DNA of 64,000 nucleotides from Guillardia theta CCMP2712 (Eukaryota > Protista > Cryptophyta), in the NCBI RefSeq assembly GCF_000315625.1, contig NW_005434653.1:353745-417744 (forward strand), read 5' to 3'. Below the pieces are notes generated by a model. The model did no database searches. It was not told the origin of the DNA and was given only the letters and a program-made list of their open reading frames with translations. Both the position numbers and the translations under genes were made by a program. Shown piece after piece: positions 25,441-36,100 of this stretch (positions are counted from its first letter, which is position 1; each line of letters starts with the position of its first letter).

Positions 25441-26051
25441 NNNNNNNNNNNNNNNNNNNNNNNNNNNNNNNNNNNNNNNNNNNNNNNNNNNNNNNNNNNN
25501 NNNNNNNNNNNNNNNNNNNNNNNNNNNNNNNNNNNNNNNNNNNNNNNNNNNNNNNNNNNNNNNNNNNNNNNNNNNNNNNNNNNNNNNNNNNNNNNNNNNN
25601 NNNNNNNNNNNNNNNNNNNNNNNNNNNNNNNNNNNNNNNNNNNNNNNNNNNNNNNNNNNNNNNNNNNNNNNNNNNNNNNNNNNNNNNNNNNNNNNNNNNN
25701 NNNNNNNNNNNNNNNNNNNNNNNNNNNNNNNNNNNNNNNNNNNNNNNNNNNNNNNNNNNNNNNNNNNNNNNNNNNNNNNNNNNNNNNNNNNNNNNNNNNN
25801 NNNNNNNNNNNNNNNNNNNNNNNNNNNNNNNNNNNNNNNNNNNNNNNNNNNNNNNNNNNNNNNNNNNNNNNNNNNNNNNNNNNNNNNNNNNNNNNNNNNN
25901 NNNNNNNNNNNNNNNNNNNNNNNNNNNNNNNNNNNNNNNNNNNNNNNNNNNNNNNNNNNNNNNNNNNNNNNNNNNNNNNNNNNNNNNNNNNNNNNNNNNN
26001 NNNNNNNNNNNNNNNNNNNNNNNNNNNNNNNNNNNNNNNNNNNNNNNNNNN
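25441..26051. other. Assembly gap (611 N) flanked by CCT-type microsatellites
   Basis: Run of N. Confidence 1.
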
Positions 26052-26183
26052 NCCTCCTCCTCCTGCTCCTCCTGCTCCTCCTCCTGCTCCTCCTGCTCCT
26101 CCTGCTCCTCCTGCTCCTCCTCCTCCTCCTCCTCCTCTTTCCCCTTCCCCTTGCTTCTCCTCTCCCTTCCCCTCCTCAACCTC

Positions 26184-27160
26184 TGCCGTTGCCCTCCTAC
26201 GCGGGTCCAGCTGGAGGAGACTCGCAACCAGATCGACTGCAGGTGGAGGGGCAGCTGGAAGAATCTCCTGCCATGAGCAGGGAGCCACCTCGGCGAACTG
26301 AATCAACAGCCCTCCCTGCGAGCAGAGTCAACGAGGAAAGAGAAGAGGTGAGGGAGGAGGAGGAGGAGAAAATGAATAATAATACAAGTGGAAGGCGACG
26401 ATGGGGAGGGCGATGAAGCAGACAAGGAAGGGAGGAGAATCGTGAGAATGAAAGGAAGGAGGAGGGTAGAACATGACAGCTGTTGAAGGAGGAGGGAGAG
26501 GAGAGGAGTGACAAAGAGGAAGAGGTGGAGAGGGAGCAGATGAGGAGGAGGCTCAAACCTGGTCGGCAAAAATCTCTTCATAGACTTCGGCAGGAGGGGA
26601 GCCGAGCTTGTCGATAATGGAGCCCAGAACACCGAGATCGGACTGACCGGAAAAGATCGTCCTCCTCTGCGTTAGATTTCAGACAGCACCATATGCTCCT
26701 GAATCTCCTCCTGCCCTTGCCCCTGTTCTACCTCCTCCGTGCTTCTCCACATCTTCCTCCTCTCCCTCCTTCTCCTCGTGCTCGTGCTCGTGCTCGTGCT
26801 CCTCCTCCTCCTCCTCCTCCTCCTCACTGCCACTCTCTCCCTCCTCCTCTTACCAGCAGCATTTCAGCCACCACACACCCCACGCTCCACATGTCGCTCT
26901 CTCTGCCGTAGGATCAGACAGGCGCAACCGCTTGCCTTCAGCACGACGTCATGCAGCTCCACGATGTTGGGGTGGCGGATCTCTTTCAGCGCACAGATCT
27001 CGTCCAAGGCTGTCGTCCTCAGGCCCTCCTTGCTCCTCTCCATGTACACCTTCTTCATAGCAAACACTCTCCGTGTCGCTACATGCCGCACCCGGTACAC
27101 GACCCCAAAACTTCCTTCCCCGACAATGTGAAGTTTCTCGTACATCCTGCCAGCCAACAT
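26184..27160 (-). pseudogene. CDK7-like kinase paralog lacking subdomains V-VIII (pseudogene or mis-assembly); 3' part may continue across the gap
   Basis: The N-lobe (GEGSFGVVY...AMKK...EGLRTTALDEI...HPNIVEL) is joined at about 26910, out of frame, directly to YGRESDMWSVGCVVAEMLL. Later exons read IFSGQSDLGVLGSIIDKLGSP and LLQLDPRRRATAE. No HRD or DxG motif is present. Confidence 0.75.
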
Positions 27161-28138
27161 ACGTATCAGCTCGATCCACCACACCCTCGCCCAAAAAGCG
27201 CGGAGATCGCGCTCTCTGCTCGTGCTTTCTATTGCTTCTGCCGCTGCCACGCCACTTCTCTTGCTCCTGCTCCCACTTCCGCCTCTGCCCCTGCTCTCAC
27301 TACCGCTCTTGCTCTTTTCCCTGCCTCTGCCCCTGCTCCTGCTCCTTCTGATCCTTCTGATCCTTCTTCTCATGAACCTCCCCTGCCCCTGCCCCTGCCC
27401 CTGCCCCTGCCCCTGCCCCTGCCCCTGCTCCTGCTCCTGCCCCTGCTCCTGCTCCTGCTCCTTCCCGATGCTGCTGCTCTTTGTTGACAGGATGCTCGGA
27501 AGCTTCGCACAGGATCCAGTACCCCTACCACCTCATCTCCATATCAAATCATATCACCACCCGTACTAATCCCTTTTTTTGTACCCGTTGTCCATGACCT
27601 TACCCCACCGAAATTCAAAATGTTCACCCACCGCTCATTCAAGATCAAATCCTTAGGACAATAACCGGGTACGTTTACTATAAGCTGTTAGTACCCCTCG
27701 GGAACATATATAAAAGTACCCCTCATATCGTCATCGAGGGGAACTGTTGAATTGCCGTTCGTTTCGACTGTTTTTTCCCGCCATGGCGCCTCCTCCATTG
27801 ATAACAGTTCTCGCTTCCTCCTCCTCCTCCTCCCCCTCCTCCTCCTCCTCCGTATCACCTTCCTCTGCCCTCCAGACTCCTCTCGTCTGATTCATCTCCA
27901 TCCTCCTCCTTACTTTCACTTTCTCCTCCTGAGCCTGTCTACTGCTGTGACCTCCATCAAGTACTCTTGCCATATTTCCAACCCGCCCCTTTCCCCCTCA
28001 CCACCAGCTGTGCTGTGAAACCCAACCCATCGTTGATCACCTGCGATTCCTTCTTCCACATGCTGCTTTCTCCCAGTTTTCTTCCTTGCAAGGTGTCCCA
28101 GAAGTAGACCTACACCCTTTTCAACCCCCACTCCCGTG

Positions 28139-29438
28139 ATGGAGAGCAAGTATGAAAGGAAGGGAGTGGCGGGAGAAGGAGCGTTCGGAGTCGTGTACAG
28201 GGTCGTGCACAAGGACACAGGGAAAGTTTTTGCCATGAAGAAGATCAAGATGGACAAGAGCACGGATGGAGTTAGAAGCTCTGCCATCGACGAGATCATG
28301 GCGCTGCAGGAGATTCGCCACGAGAATGTTGTTACTTTGCACGAAGTGATTGGCAAGAGAGCCGGCAGTGTCTTCCTCATCCTTGACTTTCATGATTTGG
28401 AGCTCGAGCATGTCATACAAGCCAAGGAACCAAACAGGTAGAGCGTGCTCACTCCGACGAAGACCGCGTGCCTTGTTTCGTAGCTGACTTTGGGGGGATC
28501 AGGACTCCCTACATGGAGCTCTGCATGTCCGACGTCAAGGCGTACATGAAGGTGGCGCAGCTCAGTCGTAGCGCGCATGATCTTGTCGCTCACTCGAGTG
28601 CAGATGCTGCTTGCTGGTGTGGAGGCTCTGCATTCCTTGGGGCTGATCCATCGAGACCTGAAACCGAGCAACCTGCTGATAGATGAACTCGGCACCCTCA
28701 AGCTCGCTGACTTGGGACTTGCAAGAACCTTTGGCAGCCCTGACAGAGTGAGATGGAGCTCTCCATGCTCAAGGAGACACGAGCTGACTGCTGTACGGCA
28801 GCTGTTCTCCCCCAGCGCCTTCACGAGGAGGTATCGCCCGCCCGAGCTCTTCTTTGGGTGCACACGATACGGGAAGTCGGCAGACATGTGGAGCGTTGGA
28901 TGCATTTTAGCGGAGATGATGCTGGTAAGCTGATGAAGGTGGAGACGAAGCTAGTCTGAGCATCTCGTGTAGCGTCAGCCGCTCTTCCCAGCAGACACCG
29001 ACCTGGGCGTTGTAAACTGCATCTTCGAGAAGTTAGGCTATCCTCATATGGATGTTTATGAGAGGCTGCTGCGATCTTCGGTATGAGGATCAGAGGCATT
29101 GAGCACGCAAGTAATGAGTTTACAGGACCCCAACGACTCTTATCATCAAGCTTTGTTGCAAGCAGTTTCAAGCTTCAAAACCTTCGACGAGCATGGCGCT
29201 TTTAACGCGATTCTCCCGCATGCTGCAGTAGAGGACAAGGCGCTTCTTTTGAGGCTCCTCCACTTTGACCCCATGCGGAGACTTTCCGCGAGGGTGAGAG
29301 AGGCAGAGATGAATGACGCGCACGTGACACTGCTTGCAGGATTGCTTGCTGAGTGATTGGTTTGAACATGTCCCACTCCCCTCTTCCAAGCACAAGATGG
29401 CCGAATCTATCACGCTCTTGCGCAACTCGAGACGAGAT

Positions 29439-29473
<35 letters not shown>

Positions 29474-29849
29474 AATGGGTTATCGTGCCATGGATGGTGA
29501 GAGATTTTCCGTGCACCGCAACGTGCTGGACTTGTCGTTAGGGAGTGAAACCTCCTTGTTTGCTTGTCCCCCCAAGTGCCGCATGGGAATGTTTGATAAG
29601 CCAGGCGCCAGCAGGGCCTGCAAGGAGTCGGCATGGAGCAGAGCCATCTGCTTCGACAGCCTGCAGAAGGAGGAGGACGATCGGGTTGGAATGACTGGGA
29701 CGCCGACGCTCGACTCCGATCTGTCCAACGAGGCTACGTCACTCGCAGACTCCAGCTCCAAGAGCTCCATGATGTTGACCAACAGCATGACGCCCAAGGA
29801 TAGGAAGCGAGACAGAGGGTCCATGGGAAACGACGACATGGTGAGCTGA
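28139..29849 (+). CDS. Cyclin-dependent kinase, divergent CDK7/CDKD (CAK)-like, multi-exon
   Basis: [96 protein letters not shown]. Confidence 0.88.
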
Positions 29850-30175
29850 CTGAGCCTGTGGCATCGCTGAATGTGAGCAGGACATCACTCCTGCTGCTCA
29901 GCGCATCATTCACTTCCAGACTCCCGAGGAGATCAACATGTACGCGATATCCTCCTCTCCAAGCCTGACCAACGTGCGCAGGAGCCATGGAGGAGTGCTG
30001 ACGGGAAAGAGAAAGATGAGGGACGAGTGCTTCGACATGTCAATTTCTCCGCACTGAGAGAGGCAAGAGATCAAGCAAGGTGCTTGTATGCAGAAAGAAC
30101 TTGTGCTTCACCTGTGCAAAAGAAAATGCATTGACAGCAAGAAAATAATGTAAAGACTAATAGTGATCAGATTGA

Positions 30176-33100
30176 TCATATGGTGTACACACTTCCACCA
30201 TAGGTGGGATCTGGTGGCGTACCGCACTGCACAAATCACATCAGCTACAACCAGAAGAAAGAGAAGGAAGAGGAGGAGGAGGAGGAGAAGATGGGAGGGT
30301 AGACATGGGCGTACCTTGGGGCACTTTGGCCAGGAGGCGTTAACGGGGTGCTTGCACCCCACACAGCATAGCCATCCAGGGGGGAGTAAGCTGAAGGGAG
30401 CAAGTCAGCAGCCACCCCAACCAAGAGTCTCTACCTTGCGATGTCAGCGATCGAGAACGTGTCGAGGGGGGAGGCCTCCTGCAGCATCAACTCATTCCTC
30501 GTCAAGGAATCGCACAGAGGATCAGACACCTGCTGGGCAGCTTCGCCTGCCTCTGAGTCCGGCGTCTTGGGCTCGTCAGGAGCGGCCTCGAGCTCTTTCT
30601 CGTTGGTTCCGTCGGGCTCCTCCAGCTGAGTCTTGGCCGCAGCCTCTGGTCCTCTGCTGCTGTAAGACATGGCAGGCTTCTCCTCCTTCTCCTCCTCCTT
30701 GGGTTTCTCCTCCGCCTTCTCTGGCTGTTGCATAGCTGCTGGTTCGCTGGGCAACGCCTCTGCTTGCACGGAGATCTCCACGTCCTCCTTCGACTCTTGA
30801 ACCTTCTTCGACTCCTCTTGCTTCGTCGGCTGGACCTCAGAGGGAGGAGCTTGCGACTGCTGCCTCACAGTCTGACTCTCTGCCTGGTACACTCCCCCGC
30901 CCGATGCCGAGGTCGTCATCGTCGTCTTGGGCCCTCCTGCTGGAAGGGCCCTGGTTTGAGAGGGCCTCGGCCGATCTCTCTCCTTGGCCTTTCTTTCCTC
31001 CTCCCTCTTCTTCGCCTCGTTCTCTTCCTCCAGCTTCTTCTTTTGCTGGCGCTCCTTGTAGTCGTAGTAGTAGATGCCAAACATGCCGACGACGACGAGC
31101 ACGCAGATGACGATGACGACCGTCACGGTTGGGTTGTTCGAGCTGCTCTGCTCAACTGCACCAGGTGGAGCAGGAGGGGCGGGAGTGGTGGTCGTGATGG
31201 CGATGGTTTGGTTGCTGACGTTGGAGACCGTGACACTTCGCAGAGGCGTCGCAAGGACCGTGTACAAGGAGAAGGACGACGTCTGCGCTTGGACGACTCC
31301 TTGCACGAAGTTGACGGGGGTGGAGCTGCTGGCTGAGTACGCCTTGGGGACCCAGGAGTTGGTGGAGGTGTTGAAGACGAACACGTTGAGCTGAGAGTTG
31401 CCGTAGTCGACGCGGTTGTCAAACGGGATGGAGATAGAGACGGGCGTTGAGAAGATGATTCCAGAAGGCTCGAGGTAGATTCCCTGCCCTGCTATCTTCT
31501 TCTGGTCCTTCAAGGCGCTGCCAGTGACTACAAGGTTCGATGAGAAGTTGACCAGGTTGATCTTCACAGGACGAGTCTCTCCAGCGGGCCAGGCCCCGGG
31601 GGGGAAAGTGATGGACATGTTGGTGGAGGCGAAGAGGTAGGAGGTCGACCGGCTCCGATTGGGTGGTGGGAATGCTTGCGAAGAGATAATCTGGAGGGCC
31701 CCTGACGGCAGCTGAATTCCCGCACTGCTGGAGTTCGTGGTGTCCAGCACGTACCCAGCTGGGCAGGTGACCTGGACTGTTTCCCCAAGGGTGAAGGTGG
31801 ACATGAAGTTGAGGCCTTGCGAGTTTGCTGTGGTGAAGTCGAAGACATCCAGCAAGTCACCGCACGTGACTCCCGAGCACTTGACCGGGGCCGGGGACAG
31901 GCTGCAGTCATCCATGCAGCGGGAGGTTCTAGTCGCTCCGTTCTGGCTGACGTAACCGAAGGAGCAGGAGGATTTGACGTACTCCCCGTACGTCACCCTG
32001 CTGACGGCCTGCATGGCGTCATTGCTGAAAGTCGTCCCGGGCGCCTCAAGGCTGCACGTGACGTTCCTGGTGCAGGGGCCCTGAGAGTCGTAAGGGATGT
32101 TCGTTCCCGTGTACATCCACACCCATCTCGAGCTGTTCCACTGGCAGGTCAAGCTCCACCCTTTGCTGCAAGACGAGGCTGCTGAGTTGAACGGAAGTTT
32201 CCCAGCTCCGCACGTGCCGTATGCTCGGTCACTGTTGGGTGTTGACGTCACCGTGGAGTCCGGCCACTCACGGAGGGGGCCACAGGCATTCTTGCGGACG
32301 CACACGTACTGACGAGCCCCCCAGCTGCATGGGCTAGACGAGCTGCCGCACGTGATGGGGTAGAAGGAGCTGTAGCTTGAGCTGCACGTGCACGAGCTGC
32401 TCGACGCCGGTTGTTGAAGAGCTTGCAGCTTGCGCCGAGCTGCCTTCCCAGCAGGATTAGCTTGGTTTGTCTGCTGGCAAGGGCAATGGGCAACGTAGCC
32501 TTGATCACAATTGACCAATACGCTGCTCCCGTACTCCACGCTCTTGGTTCCGTCATGTGCAACGATGGTTCCGTTGGCCAGCTGCACCCGGGTGAGATCC
32601 AACGATCCGTTGACCAACGTCATGCCCGTGAGGGAGCTGGGGGGAGGGCAGGTGGCAGGAACACACTTGAGTTGGTCGACGAGTGAAAACTGCCGAGAGG
32701 GCAGGCATTGAGGGTAAAAGACGTTGACGCACTTGTTGTACAAGGGCCCAGAAACAATGAAACCAGGCAAGCAGGTTATCTTGATGGTGTCGAGCAGCGG
32801 GACGAGCACAGGGTTGAAGTTGGCGTTAGCAAACGAGATGTTCAGCCCCTTGGTTGCGTCACAGGCAGCGACAACACAAGTCGCTGCGTTCTCCAGCTGA
32901 CAGGACGCGTTGCATGTGGGAGCGATCGACTTGGACGAATCCAATATGTTGTAACCTGATTCACATCGGATGCTGACGGTAGATTGATACGGGACAACAC
33001 CAGAGCTGGGTAGGTAGGATGTGCCGTAAGAAAGAGGAACTTGACATGTGACGGGAACGCATCTTGGAGCTGAGAACTTACCGTCGTCTTGACACATAGC

Positions 33101-36100
33101 AACGCCGCTGTTGCTGCAGCTCTGAGACGATTCCACCCTGAAGCCGGGCGCGCAGGTGAACTCGACCACGTCACCGTAAGAGTACATCATGTTGGGGATG
33201 GAAGAGTCCTTGACAGTGTTGTTCAGCTTCTGGAAGAGTCCGCAAGAGACTTTGTGGCACAACGAAGAAGATGACAAGGGGCAGTTGGTTGCTGAGCAGG
33301 AAACCGCGACAGACCGTGACGCGGCAGGCGAGCACTGACTCTTGCTGCACAAGGGACTGTTCCCTTGACTGTCTGCTCGGTACCCAGGCTGACAGGAGAA
33401 GAAAGAGGTTTGGCCGATCGGAACATACTGAACGCCTGATGAAGAAGGCAAGCCGGGGATGGCACTAAAATTTAGTGCGCAGGCCAAGGGTGCGCAGTGC
33501 ATGGCATGAACAGCCTGACAGTCCGAGCAACTGATGGTGTACGATCGCTGGTTAGAACTGCTGCAGTCTGCGAACTGTTTCGATGTCTCCACAGCCGCGT
33601 ACCCACTGAGGCAAGTGATCTGCTTGCTCCCAGTGAAGGAGGTCGACCCCGTGAACGACGGGCTGCCGAACATGTCCTGGTACAAGCAGCTCTGATTCGC
33701 ATCAACAACGGCGCAGTCTGCAACTTGAGGCCAAGAGCCGTCTGCAAAGCAACTCACGTGCGATGACACAGTCTGGCATGTCTGCTGGGGCACATGATAG
33801 TTCGACTGGCATGTGTAGAACGCTTTCTGACCAAACACATAAGATGTTGAGTTCGACGTCGAGAACTTGGGAGGTGAGAAGGCCTGACAAGCTATCGGTT
33901 GACACAAGCCCGAGATGGGTGGGTAGTAACCTGAGTCGGTACATTGAACCACACCCATCGCTGAAGAACTTTGACTGACAAAGCTGTAGCCCGGTTTGCA
34001 TTCAATAGTCACATTGCTACCATACGGCATTTGCAATTGATTGATATAACTGAATTTCTGATCATACACTTTGTAGAAATTTGGGTATAGTGAAATGTTA
34101 ATCAGCGGACACTGAGCAAGTTGGCAGGCAGGCAATCTCGTCGTATTCCAGGTGCAATCGTGGCAAACAAGAGTTGCTTCATTAGGACGAAGAATGTCTG
34201 AGGTCCCGAAACGATAGCCAGCTTTACACTTAGCTGCAATCTGTGCGAATCCAGTGGAAGTTGAGACTCGCAGCGGAAACGAAACACCGAAGGAAAGATT
34301 GAAGTTCTGATCCTGAACATGAAGAGCAGAGCAATATTGCGGGATGCAAGACACAGAGGGCTGATAAGACATTCCCGCTCCCGACGAAAACTGGAGTTGA
34401 CCATTCAGACAGAGAGCTTGGAAGGTCTGAGAGCTGCAGTTGCTGTTCCTGGTGAGATTGTTTTGGAATCCATTGGCGCATGACAGAGTTGAGTTCTGAC
34501 CATGAACCAGGTACTGTGAGGATGCCTGGAGGTTCGAGAGCGTCGGCAGGTTGCACTTGATCGGCTTGCACTGCTGGGTGGCTTCAAAGTTGCAGTTTGA
34601 GCTACATCGGACCTGATAATACATCGGGTCCGAGATCAAGGCAAAGCTGGAGGAGCTGGAAGCAGCTCTGTATCCGTGATTGCATTGGATGGTGAGAGAA
34701 GAAGAGTAGGTTGCGAAGGACGAGGAGTTGATCACGTTTCCATTCAGATCACTTTGCTGGGTCCACCAACACCGAAATGGCTTACAAGAAGTATTCATCG
34801 TCTGAAAGTTGCAGTACCTGCAGTTGAGGGTGAAGTTGTTGGGTTCGATACACGACGAGTATTGAGAGTAGATGGATGACGCCCTGTAGCCATTCATGCA
34901 CGTGACAGTCACGGAGGAACCGCTGGCCACATACTGCAAACCAGTATCAACAATGTTCTTGGACACGTTCTGAGGGCTCGGGCAAGTTTCCATTCCGCAC
35001 GTGTCGTTCTTCAAACCGCAGCCGACAATGGGCTCGCAGGCGGGAACTTGTTGGGATACATAGGCGCCATGACTCCAGTACAGCAGATAACCCTCGAAGC
35101 AGCGAGCTCTCATCACGGACGTGCAAGGTGAAAGGTAAGTGCTCTGACTGCCTGCAAGCCGATACCCAGGCTGACATGTCCAGTTGACGTTCTGACCAAA
35201 CACAACAGGGCCAGAAAATCCAGCATTTGCATTTGCAATATTTGGAACAGAACATACGACAGGTTGACAAGCCGTGCCCAAACTTGATTTGATGCCGCAG
35301 TTGTCCAGACAGGTGGCAGAGTAAGATGTGGAATCATTCAAAAGAGAGTACATGTTGCTGCTCGCCCGATATCCTTTGTTGCAAGAAACCATGATGCTGG
35401 CGTTGTATGCATAGGCATTCTTGGCGACATATCCGTTCGCATCCACCAAGTTTGATGCCTGGCACTGAATTGGCTGACATGACTGCTGAGAGTTCGGGTC
35501 CAAAGTGCAGTATCGACAAGAGCGAGAGAAGTTGCGCGGAAAGCTACAAATGTTCTGAGGAGTCGCAGTGGGAGTGGCAGCTCTGTATCCCATCTCACAC
35601 ACAACAGTTTGATTGCTACCGCTCGGAGTGTTGGTGTTCTGCACGATTTCTCCTGCTCGAGTGCTAGAGGGACAACTCTCACTGCCACAAACATCATTCA
35701 TACTACCGCAATTCATCGGCACACATGAGACGTTCACGAGGACTTTCGGGTTCTGCGTCTGATTCGTGTCTAGATACACGAATTTGCCATCTTCGCACTT
35801 TGCATAGAAGACACTGCTGCAAGCGTGATTGAATGAACTGGGAGAGTCTGATCTTCGATATCCTGGGGAACAAGTGATCTTGATGGCAGGATCGGCAGAG
35901 GTGTATTGGCTGTACTGGAGGTCGAGCTGAGAATTGGCAGGCTGAACAAAAGCTGGGCAGGCAACTGGATTGCAACCAGCAGGTATAGTTTTCTGGTACC
36001 CAAACTCGTTTGATGGTGAGCCGCACGAGACATTGTAACTCGATGGGTTGGCCGAGCTCACTCCCCTGCCAAGAAGTCAGCAGATGAGGAGCTAGAAGAC

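Noticed and set aside
23006-26306. Long ORFs containing X runs
   Set aside because: Artefacts of reading through N-gaps.
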